26,625 nt of DNA from a virus (Duplodnaviria > Caudoviricetes), in the IMG/VR virus record IMGVR_UViG_3300035670_001093, positions 1-26,625 of that record; one strand, given 5' to 3'. The notes under the pieces were generated by a model. That model was not told where the DNA came from, did no database searches, and saw only the letters and a list, made by a program, of their open reading frames with translations. The position numbers and the translations under genes were made by a program. The stretch's first letter is position 1, and every line of letters starts with the position of its first letter. Shown here piece after piece: positions 9,671 through 17,046 of the stretch.

Positions 9671-11298
9671 GCGGCAAGGACACGAAGTACGAGCGCCGCC
9701 GGGCGGCCGAGGATGCCGCGACTGCGGCGGCGCCTGTCAGGGGGAGCGTCGACGTGTCGAGCACGGCGCTGCCTACTGGCGCGTCGACCTCCGCGCTGCA
9801 GACGACGGGCAATGCGTCGCTGTCCAGTATCGACGGCAAGCTGCCGGCGCTGGTCGACAGCAGGGTCCCCGTTGACCCCGGCCTGACGCAGACTGCGTTC
9901 GGCGACACGATCGTCACCGAGCTGCGCCCGATCGTGACGCTCAAGCCGACCTATGGGATCCTCGACGAGGCCGAGACGTTCACCGCAACGGGCGGCAGCG
10001 TTACGGTCGCCAGCAACAAATACGTTCTGCAGACAGGCACCAGCGTCGGCGGGTATGGCGTGCTGTGGTCCCGGAAGCCCGTGGTGTACGTCCCAGGCGT
10101 CGGCATGGAGTCTCGGATCACGGCGCAGTTCACGACCGGAGTCGCCAGCAGCATACAACTGGCGGGGATGTTCTCGAGCACCGACGGCATGATGTTCGGG
10201 TACGACGGCACGTCGTTCGGTGTCATGCACAGGTACGAGGGTGCGCTCGAGTTGCACCGGCTGACGGTCACGACACCGTCCGGCGGTGCGGCGACCGTCA
10301 CTGTCACACTGAATACTGTCGCCTACACGGCGTCGATCACGGCCGGAACCGTGCAGCAGAACGCGCACGAGATCGAGCAGGGCCTGAACGCTGGCGCGGC
10401 TGCGTCGCTGTGGCACATCCAGCATATCGACGACGAGGTGATCTTCCTGTACCGCGGCGTCGGCTCGAAGTCAGGCACTTACTCCGTGACGGTAAGCGCC
10501 GGCGCGTTTGTGGCCAACATCGCCCGCGTTCGTGCAGGCGCGAACCCGACCGAGACGTGGACGCCCAAGGCATCCTGGAACAAGGACACGGCGTCGTGGC
10601 TAACCCCGACCGAGATGAACGCCTATAAGGTCGACTCCGGCTATCTCGGCATCATCGGCCCGCGGTTCTGGGCGTGGCACAAGACACAGCGCAGATGGAA
10701 GCTGGTCCATACCATCGACAAGGACGGGCTGTCGGACATGGTGTTCGGCAACCCGACCCTGCGTGTCGGCTGGGCGTCGGCATCGCTTGGCAGCACCACG
10801 AACCTGACTGTCTACGGCGGGTCGGCGATGGCTGGCCTGCAGGGTAGGGTGGATCGGGCGCACGCGTTTGGCGCGTCCGGTGTGGCCACGACCGTGACCA
10901 CCGAGACGCAGGTTCTGTCTATCCAGTCTCGTCGTGAGTTCGGTGGCCGTGCCAACAACGGCGTGCTGGTTCCGAAGCAACTGACAATCGGGACGGACAG
11001 CACGAAGGGCGCCGTGTTCAAGCTGTACCGGAACGCGACCGTTGCCGGGAACACGGTCCACCAGTACGTCGACGAGACGGAGAGCTTCTGCACCTACGAC
11101 GCCGCCGGCACTACCGTCAGCGGCGGCCGGCTGCTGGGCGTGTACGCCATCGGGCCGAGCGGCCGGGCCGTCGTCAACCTCGGCGACATCAACGAGATCG
11201 GCGTGGCTGGTGACGAGTTGACGATCACGGCAACGGTATCAAGCGGCGGCGGCGGCGCTGACATGGTTGCCGCCCTGACGTGGGAAGAAATCATCTAA
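9667..11298 (+). CDS. Beta-rich virion structural / fibre-like protein
   Basis: GTG 9667 overlaps upstream TGA (GTGA); Thr/Gly/Ser/Val-rich; TAFGD, YVPG and NPTLRV motifs recall phage virion proteins. Confidence 0.65.
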   Translation: MSGKDTKYERRRAAEDAATAAAPVRGSVDVSSTALPTGASTSALQTTGNASLSSIDGKLPALVDSRVPVDPGLTQTAFGDTIVTELRPIVTLKPTYGILDEAETFTATGGSVTVASNKYVLQTGTSVGGYGVLWSRKPVVYVPGVGMESRITAQFTTGVASSIQLAGMFSSTDGMMFGYDGTSFGVMHRYEGALELHRLTVTTPSGGAATVTVTLNTVAYTASITAGTVQQNAHEIEQGLNAGAAASLWHIQHIDDEVIFLYRGVGSKSGTYSVTVSAGAFVANIARVRAGANPTETWTPKASWNKDTASWLTPTEMNAYKVDSGYLGIIGPRFWAWHKTQRRWKLVHTIDKDGLSDMVFGNPTLRVGWASASLGSTTNLTVYGGSAMAGLQGRVDRAHAFGASGVATTVTTETQVLSIQSRREFGGRANNGVLVPKQLTIGTDSTKGAVFKLYRNATVAGNTVHQYVDETESFCTYDAAGTTVSGGRLLGVYAIGPSGRAVVNLGDINEIGVAGDELTITATVSSGGGGADMVAALTWEEII

Positions 11299-11326
11299 CC
11301 ACTCGTGGGTGCAGCGCACTCCGTCA

Positions 11327-11340
11327 ACCGGTGGTAGCAT
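11327..11340 (+). promoter_or_regulatory. Putative extended -10 promoter (TGG-TAGCAT)
   Basis: ACCGGTGGTAGCAT, sharing a 10-mer with 5701; 44 bp before ATG 11371. Confidence 0.35.
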
Positions 11341-11370
11341 TCCCGGTACCAGTGCATACCGGAGAGTGTC

Positions 11371-12177
11371 ATGGTTACCAAAGTCCCGGGCGCCATGATC
11401 GCAGACGACGCGGTCGGCGCCGATCACATTGCCACCGACGCAGTCACAGCCGACGGGATTGCCACCGACGGCGTTGCCGCTGCCGAGATCGCGGCCGATG
11501 CCGTGGGCTCGAGCGAGGTGGCTGCCGATGCCATCGGCGCGTCCGAGATCGCGGCCGACGCTGTCGGGGCCTCGGAGATCGCCGCGGACGCGGTGGGCGC
11601 CAGCGAGATCGCTGCCGGCGCAGTCGGCACGGCAGAGATCGCCGACGGCACGGTCGGCGCCGACGACCTCGCGGCCACGCTAGACCTGTCTGGCAAGACT
11701 CTCACGCTGCCTGCCTCGGTTACCGCATCGCCTTACCTCGAGTACCGTGAGGAGCAGGCGGCCGGCACTGACGCCGGCGGGTTCACAAGCGGGGCCTGGC
11801 AGACGCGCACCCTGAACACGGAGCATGCCGACGCCGGCGGGCACGGGTCGCTGGCGGCGAACCAGATCACGCTGGCGGCCGGCACCTACGAGGTCGACAT
11901 CTCATGCCCGGCGGGGGTGGTGAACAATCACCAGGCCAAGCTCTACAACGTGACCGACGCGGCCGACACGCTGATCGGGACGTCCGAGTATTGCGGGTCC
12001 GGCTCGACGCAATACACGAAGTCGAGGATCACCGGGCGCTTCACCATTGCCGGCAGCAAGGTGTTCGAGGTGCGGCACCAGTGCCAGACCACGAAGGCCA
12101 CCGACGGGTTCGGCAACGCCTGCAACTTCGGCGTCACCGAGATCTACACCGTCGCCCGTTTCTGGAAGGTCGGGTAA
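11371..12177 (+). CDS. Fibre protein with 10-aa repeat shaft and C-terminal beta-rich head
   Basis: About nine (E)IAADAVGAS-type repeats followed by a globular domain; GGAGAG RBS. Confidence 0.75.
   Translation: MVTKVPGAMIADDAVGADHIATDAVTADGIATDGVAAAEIAADAVGSSEVAADAIGASEIAADAVGASEIAADAVGASEIAAGAVGTAEIADGTVGADDLAATLDLSGKTLTLPASVTASPYLEYREEQAAGTDAGGFTSGAWQTRTLNTEHADAGGHGSLAANQITLAAGTYEVDISCPAGVVNNHQAKLYNVTDAADTLIGTSEYCGSGSTQYTKSRITGRFTIAGSKVFEVRHQCQTTKATDGFGNACNFGVTEIYTVARFWKVG
11398..11670 (+). repeat. Degenerate 30-nt tandem coding repeat (~9 units)
   Basis: IADDAVGADH/IATDAVTADG/IATDGVAAAE/IAADAVGSSE/VAADAIGASE/IAADAVGASE x2/IAAGAVGTAE/IADGTVGADD. Confidence 0.9.
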
Positions 12178-12316
12178 CGCCGGCAGGATTCTCGCGCGGT
12201 AGTAACGCGGGGCACAAAGGCTAGGCGGGATTAACGGGCAACATTCTTGCGCGACCGGAAGTGTCCGGTGGGTAAGGGGATGATGCGGCTGGGCGTTGTC
12301 CGTTAGCGTTTGCTTA

Positions 12317-12344
12317 TTGTCGCATAATGCACAATCGGGCTATC
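12317..12344 (+). other. dif-like site (good XerC arm, degenerate XerD arm); candidate attP
   Basis: TTGTCGCATAA-TGCACA-ATCGGGCTATC versus E. coli dif GGTGCGCATAA-TGTATA-TTATGTTAAAT; lies in the convergent intergenic gap. Confidence 0.4.
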
Positions 12345-12385
12345 TCACGAGCGCGCGCAACATCTGGTATGCCGGCAACGATGTT

Positions 12386-12712
12386 TCACGGGCTGCCATG
12401 CTTGCGATTCGTGTACGGCCTGCCCGGCCCGCGCAGCGCCCGCAGTTTCGCGTTCACCGCCCGGCACTGGAACCTGACCTCGAGCAGCACCGAGCGGGCA
12501 GGGCGGTCCTCCCAGCGGCTCGCCTGCTCCATCATCGTCGCCAGCCCGCGCAGGTGGTCGGCCACCCGGCGCAGCGATACGACGGAACGCAGCGGGATGT
12601 CGAGCCTGGCGACGTCGCCGACGATCATCCTGTCGAGCCCGTCGATCTCGTCGACGCTGTTCTGCTCGAGCTGCCGGCGACGGATTACTTCTTCCGGTGT
12701 GATCTGAACCAT
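12386..12712 (-). CDS. Hypothetical helical protein (108 aa) with its own promoter
   Basis: ATG 12712 with AAGGAGG RBS; MVQITPEEVIRRRQLEQ... Confidence 0.7.
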   Translation of the reverse strand: MVQITPEEVIRRRQLEQNSVDEIDGLDRMIVGDVARLDIPLRSVVSLRRVADHLRGLATMMEQASRWEDRPARSVLLEVRFQCRAVNAKLRALRGPGRPYTNRKHGSP

Positions 12713-12737
12713 TGTTGCCCTCCTTGGCGATGCAGCC

Positions 12738-12766
12738 GTGGTAGCACGGCCGCACCGGTGGTGCAA
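12738..12766 (-). promoter_or_regulatory. Putative sigma70 promoter TTGCAC-N17-(TGC)TACCAC with degenerate operator 12740-12756
   Basis: Aligns closely with the leftward promoter at 18936-18964. Confidence 0.5.
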
Positions 12767-12771
12767 GGATC

Positions 12772-13134
12772 TCATCGGCGGAAGTTCCCGCGCTCGGCGT
12801 CCTGGCGCTCGGCGAGCTGGCGCGGGTGGTCGCCGCCTGCCGGCTTCGCGGCGGCGAGCGCCTTTTCCAAGTCCTCCCGCCACCAGTATCCGACACGCCA
12901 ACCAGTGCGGGAAAAACGCGCATCACCGAACCACAGCCCGCACGGATGCGGCTTGGTTCCGAGCAGAAACTCGACGATCTCAACAGGCACCGGCACAAAC
13001 CCATCCGGCACCGCCACGACCTGCTCGATCAGCCAGCGGATGTCGGCCGTGCTGATCGCGGCCGTGCCGTAGTCCTGCCCGACGAGGGCCTTGATGCGCT
13101 CGAGGCGCTCACGGGTAGCAGCGGGCGTCGACAT
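12772..13134 (-). CDS. Hypothetical phage protein (120 aa)
   Basis: GAGGA RBS; FLLG..GLWFGD..GYWWR segment; operon context. Confidence 0.65.
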   Translation of the reverse strand: MSTPAATRERLERIKALVGQDYGTAAISTADIRWLIEQVVAVPDGFVPVPVEIVEFLLGTKPHPCGLWFGDARFSRTGWRVGYWWREDLEKALAAAKPAGGDHPRQLAERQDAERGNFRR

Positions 13135-13249
13135 TGGCGCAGTCCTCGCTGGTCAGGTTCACAGAGCCGGCCTTCGCCGGTCCTACCCAGGCGCAGGCTG
13201 CGAGCGCGAGCGCCAGCAGCAGGCCGTTCAGCAGTGTCGTGCGGGTCAT
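13109..13249 (-). CDS. Small secreted/membrane peptide (46 aa)
   Basis: ATGA coupling with upstream stop; MTRTTLLNGLLLALALAACAW signal-like N-terminus. Confidence 0.5.
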   Translation of the reverse strand: MTRTTLLNGLLLALALAACAWVGPAKAGSVNLTSEDCANVDARCYP

Positions 13250-13443
13250 AGTCCGTCGTCCTCGTGTTCGGCGATGTTCTCGCTGCAGCAGTGTGGGCAC
13301 TGGTTGGTCACGCGCTGGTCGTCGCTGCTGAACAGCGCGAGGCAGTCACGGCAGTCGAACCAGATCGGGTGATCGTCGGGCGGCTCCATGTTGTCGTAGG
13401 CCGCCTGCGCGGCGGCCATCGTCGTCCGGCGGATACGTCGCAT
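13246..13443 (-). CDS. Small zinc-ribbon protein
   Basis: CRDC...CPHCCS; AQAAYDNMEPPDD N-terminus; GGAGG RBS. Confidence 0.65.
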   Translation of the reverse strand: MRRIRRTTMAAAQAAYDNMEPPDDHPIWFDCRDCLALFSSDDQRVTNQCPHCCSENIAEHEDDGL

Positions 13444-13444
13444 A

Positions 13445-13636
13445 TCAGCGGCCCTCCTGCTCGACCCCGAGCCGCTGCTCGAGACCTGCCGTGGTCATCG
13501 CCTTCAGCGCGTCGCCAGACAGATCGAACAGCGGCGTGCCGTCGCGCTCCTCGAAGTAGAACCGGTTGTCCTCGTTGTCGCGGATCAGTTTCTTGCCGTG
13601 CTTCGCGGCGACCATCTTGGCGGTGTGGTAGTTCAT
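13445..13636 (-). CDS. Hypothetical protein (63 aa)
   Basis: ATG 13636 overlaps upstream TGA; GAGGG RBS. Confidence 0.65.
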   Translation of the reverse strand: MNYHTAKMVAAKHGKKLIRDNEDNRFYFEERDGTPLFDLSGDALKAMTTAGLEQRLGVEQEGR

Positions 13637-13890
13637 GCGGCGGCCCTCGTGTAACGCTGGCCGGCGAAGCTCAGCATGACGTGGGCTGCATCTCGCACGC
13701 GGAGGATCTTGTCGGCGAGATCGTGGAATCCTGCGTCGTTCGCCTGGTTGCTGTCGATGAAGCACCGGCTGGCGAAGTAGCCCAGCGTGTAGCAGTCGCC
13801 GCTGCGGCTAAATGGTGTCAGCGCAGTGCCGGAGCAGAAGAACCGGTAGTCGTCGAGGAATTCGCTGGTGATCTGTTCGCGGGTTTTCAT
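13633..13890 (-). CDS. Hypothetical protein (85 aa)
   Basis: Tight operon packing, typical codon usage. Confidence 0.65.
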   Translation of the reverse strand: MKTREQITSEFLDDYRFFCSGTALTPFSRSGDCYTLGYFASRCFIDSNQANDAGFHDLADKILRVRDAAHVMLSFAGQRYTRAAA

Positions 13891-13892
13891 GG

Positions 13893-14129
13893 TCAGGCCC
13901 CGCCCTTGATGTCGTGCAGGTAGATGCAGTGCCCGCCGTTGACGTCGCCGCCCTTGAGCGCGTTGGCTATGGCGATCAGTGCTTCGGCGTGGCGCTCGGA
14001 TGCGCGGGACAGCGCCTCGATCGCGGCGCGCGTGTGCTCGTTCGCCGCCGTGTTGTTGGTGTAGTTGAAGTGGCTGTCTTGGATCGTGATGTCGCCCTTC
14101 TCGGGCGCCTTCGGTTTCTTCGTTGCCAT
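13893..14129 (-). CDS. Hypothetical protein (78 aa), first gene after the 14202 promoter
   Basis: AGGGAG RBS; promoter immediately upstream. Confidence 0.7.
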   Translation of the reverse strand: MATKKPKAPEKGDITIQDSHFNYTNNTAANEHTRAAIEALSRASERHAEALIAIANALKGGDVNGGHCIYLHDIKGGA

Positions 14130-14167
14130 GGTCTTGCTCCCTGTGTCAGCGGTCGTGCGCCGCTGTT

Positions 14168-14202
14168 GGTGCGTTTATCGCACCACTACCGGTACGTGTC
14201 AA
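14168..14202 (-). promoter_or_regulatory. Sigma70 promoter TTGACA-N17-(TGC)GATAAA overlapped by perfect operator GGTGCG-TTTAT-CGCACC (14168-14184)
   Basis: Perfect -35; same geometry as the promoter at 19685. Confidence 0.7.
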
Positions 14203-14542
14203 CGGGTCCGGTCAACAATTTCTCCGCGTCCTCCGACGAACGGCAGATGCCGGCGATCCCGCCTGCCGCGCGCACGGCCGCGATGAATGCCAGCTGCTCC
14301 TTGGTAGGCCGGCCGGTTTCGGCTTTCGCCTCGATGGCGACGAACACGGCGATCCGCTTGCCGACCATGTCCGGCGTCACGACGACCGACTGCCAGCCGA
14401 TCACGTCGCTGCTGCCGACGCACAGGCCAGTCCGCACGACGCGCCCGTCCTCCGTGCGGAATTGGCCGGTCGAGTTGCGAAAGAGACGGACGGCTCCTTT
14501 ACCGAGCCGGAGAATCATGGATAGAACGGCGGCTTCTTTCAC
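14186..14542 (-). CDS. VRR-NUC family nuclease (putative Holliday junction resolvase)
   Basis: RLFRNSTG, GSSDVIG, FVAIEAK...GRPTKEQLAF..GGIAG; GTG 14542 overlaps HNH stop. Confidence 0.9.
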   Translation of the reverse strand: MKEAAVLSMILRLGKGAVRLFRNSTGQFRTEDGRVVRTGLCVGSSDVIGWQSVVVTPDMVGKRIAVFVAIEAKAETGRPTKEQLAFIAAVRAAGGIAGICRSSEDAEKLLTGPVDTYR

Positions 14543-15090
14543 AGTAGGCGTCCGATACGGTTTGCGTATTCGATTGGATCTGTCGCGTGCTTCCTGCTGT
14601 TGCAGGGTCTGCACGCTGGCGCGATGTTGTCCGGTTCGTGTTTGCCGCCTCGAGCCAGCGGCGTGATGTGATCCATAGTCAGCGGTCGCTTCTTGCCGCA
14701 GTAGGCGCAACAGTTCCGGTGCTTCGTCTTGATCTGGGCCCACTGCAGCGGCGTCACGCCTGGTGAGCCAGACATCGCATGCTTGCGGCGCGCGCGCTTG
14801 TTCTGGTCGTTGACTCGGCACCTGTCTCGGTTCTGCTGGCGATATTTTCGGTAATTCTCCTTACGTTCAGGAGTGGCGTTGTATCTGCGCTGGCGCTCAC
14901 GATGTTGTTCAATGTGCGCTGCGTTGTAGGCCATCGCTCGCGCCACTTCCTGCTCGCGGTGTTCGCTATACCAATCGCGTTTATATGCGGCGTAGCAGGT
15001 GCGGCAGTAGGTGTGCGTTCCGTCCTTTCGGTTTCCCTTTGGGAATCCGTCGAGCGGTTTGGTCTGCTTGCAGCGAGGACACTCACGCAC
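14539..15090 (-). CDS. HNH endonuclease with N-terminal Zn finger (free-standing homing type)
   Basis: CPRC...CRTC; CAYCG...TMDHITPLARGGKHEPDNIAPACRPCNSRK; visibly lower GC. Confidence 0.9.
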   Translation of the reverse strand: MRECPRCKQTKPLDGFPKGNRKDGTHTYCRTCYAAYKRDWYSEHREQEVARAMAYNAAHIEQHRERQRRYNATPERKENYRKYRQQNRDRCRVNDQNKRARRKHAMSGSPGVTPLQWAQIKTKHRNCCAYCGKKRPLTMDHITPLARGGKHEPDNIAPACRPCNSRKHATDPIEYANRIGRLL

Positions 15091-16462
15091 GGCGGCGACC
15101 CTTCCGTGACTTCCAGACCATGTGCGCCCAGGCCGTGGGGTTCTGGTACCCGCGCATCTTCCCGAGCGCGATCAGCCCGGCCAGCGACTTCGTCATGCCC
15201 TGCTCGCGGGCGGCGTCCTTCGCCTCGACGTCGGCGATCTCCTCGAGGTCGCCTTCGACCTGCCGGATCTTCCGCGCCTCGACCGGGAACGGGTTGCCGC
15301 AGTCGACGCACTTCTCGGCACCCGGCATGCTGATCGCAAAGCACACAGGGCAGCGCCTTCCTGCCGACGGCGCCGCCTCGCCTTTCCCGCGGCGCTCGGT
15401 GTTACCTTCGAGCGTCCACTCTCGCAGCGCGGCCGGGTGCCCGTGCATCTGGTACAGCCCGCCATGATCCAGCACGACGCAGTCCGGCTTGCCCGGGTGA
15501 ATCCGCAGCCCGCGGCCTACCGACTGCAGGAACATCGTCAGCGACTTCGTCGGCCGGTCCAACCCGATGCAGCTCACGTTCGGGGCGTCGACGCCGGCCA
15601 CCCACAGCGCGCAGTTTGTCACCACGTCGACGCGCCCGGCCTGCAGGTCGGCAAGCGCCTGGCGGCGTTCCTCGCTGTCCGTCTCGCCGCTCACTGCCAC
15701 GGCTCGGACCCCGGCCGACCGGAACTGATGGGCCATGGCCTCGGCGTGCGCGATGCTGCAGCAGAACCGGATCGTGGGGCGGTGCCGCGCAAGGCGCAGC
15801 CAGTGAGCCACGGCGTCGCCGACCAGCTTCGGCTTCGACATCACCGCCTCGAGGTCGTCGCGCGCGTAGTCGCCGGCCAGCGTCCGCACCCCGGACAGGT
15901 CGACGTCGGTCGGCGCAAAGTACCGGATCGGCGCCAGCAGGCCCTCGGCGATGAGGTCGCCCGAGCTGCAGGTCGGGATGATGACATCGGCCACCTCACC
16001 GAGGCCGCGGCCGTCGAGCCGCTGGGGCGTCGCCGTGAGCAGCAGCAGGAACGGGTCGCCCGTGCCGCGGATCACCTTGCGGTACGTCTCGGCGACGGCC
16101 AGGTGCGCCTCGTCGATGATGAGCAGGTCCGGGCGCGGCAGGCGGTCGAGCCGGCGGACGGCGGTCTGCACGCTGACGACCTGCACAGGCAGGCGCGGTT
16201 GCTCCGGCTGGCCTGCCATGATCGTCCCGTGCCGAATGCCCTCGGCGGTTAGCTTTCCGCTGGTCGCCTCGAGGATCTCGCGCAGGTGAGCCATGAACCA
16301 GACGCGCTTGCCCTTGGCAACCGAGATGCGAACGAGCTCGGCCGTCGTGTGGGTCTTGCCGAATCCTGTCGGGGCAACCAGCACCGGCGCGCGATAACCG
16401 GCGGCATAGGCCGCACGGATGTCGTCGATCGCCTTGACCTGGCGGGGACGGAGACCGTTCAC
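15083..16462 (-). CDS. SF2 DExH helicase (RadD/YejH-like) with C-terminal Zn finger
   Basis: APTGFGKT, IIDEAH, LTATP, QSVGRGLR, CPVC..CVDC. Confidence 0.93.
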   Translation of the reverse strand: MNGLRPRQVKAIDDIRAAYAAGYRAPVLVAPTGFGKTHTTAELVRISVAKGKRVWFMAHLREILEATSGKLTAEGIRHGTIMAGQPEQPRLPVQVVSVQTAVRRLDRLPRPDLLIIDEAHLAVAETYRKVIRGTGDPFLLLLTATPQRLDGRGLGEVADVIIPTCSSGDLIAEGLLAPIRYFAPTDVDLSGVRTLAGDYARDDLEAVMSKPKLVGDAVAHWLRLARHRPTIRFCCSIAHAEAMAHQFRSAGVRAVAVSGETDSEERRQALADLQAGRVDVVTNCALWVAGVDAPNVSCIGLDRPTKSLTMFLQSVGRGLRIHPGKPDCVVLDHGGLYQMHGHPAALREWTLEGNTERRGKGEAAPSAGRRCPVCFAISMPGAEKCVDCGNPFPVEARKIRQVEGDLEEIADVEAKDAAREQGMTKSLAGLIALGKMRGYQNPTAWAHMVWKSRKGRRRA

Positions 16463-17046
16463 GGATAACCCTCTGGCATGCGGTTACCCTTCCTGCGGTT
16501 TTCCTCTCGACTCACAATTCGGAGATTGCCCTCGCAGTGCAGGCCGCAGACGTAGCGCGACCGCAGCGGGTAGATGTGGTCGACCTCCATGCCCTGCTGG
16601 CGTGCCTGCTCGTATATCTTCTCGATGGCGTCGAGGTTCGCCCATGAAGGCGTTGCGCGCAGTTTCTGCGCCTGCCGCTTGCGGACATCTGCGAGAACCT
16701 TGTGAGGGTTCTGCCTTGCCCACTGGCGTTTAAGTTCGCGGTTGCGTTCCGGGTTTTGACGTTCCCACTGCTTCGCCTTTTCTGGGTTTGCTCGCTTCCA
16801 CGTCTTGCTCTTGTCACGATTCGCGCGCGCGTAACGGTTGGCGATCGTTTTTCTGGCGTCGGGGTTGTTCGCAGCCCACTGCTTGTTCTTCGCGTACACG
16901 CATTGCTTGCAGGTGGCGCAGTGCTTGCCGGTGTCCTTCCTGAAATGGAAATCATGTAGCGGCTTCTCGACGCCGCAGCACCGGCACGTCTGCCCGCGGA
17001 TCTGCTCGATCAGTTCGGCCTGGTACGGCCGGAGGGCGATGGTCAT
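16459..17046 (-). CDS. HNH endonuclease with helicase-like N-terminal 17 aa
   Basis: CRCC...CATC; EVDHIYPL...VCGLHCEGNLRIVSREENRRKGN. Confidence 0.88.
   Translation of the reverse strand: MTIALRPYQAELIEQIRGQTCRCCGVEKPLHDFHFRKDTGKHCATCKQCVYAKNKQWAANNPDARKTIANRYARANRDKSKTWKRANPEKAKQWERQNPERNRELKRQWARQNPHKVLADVRKRQAQKLRATPSWANLDAIEKIYEQARQQGMEVDHIYPLRSRYVCGLHCEGNLRIVSREENRRKGNRMPEGYP

Noticed and set aside
11398-11670. 30-nt repeats as CRISPR array or DGR repeats
   Set aside because: In-frame coding repeats with synonymous variation; no spacers, cas genes or reverse transcriptase
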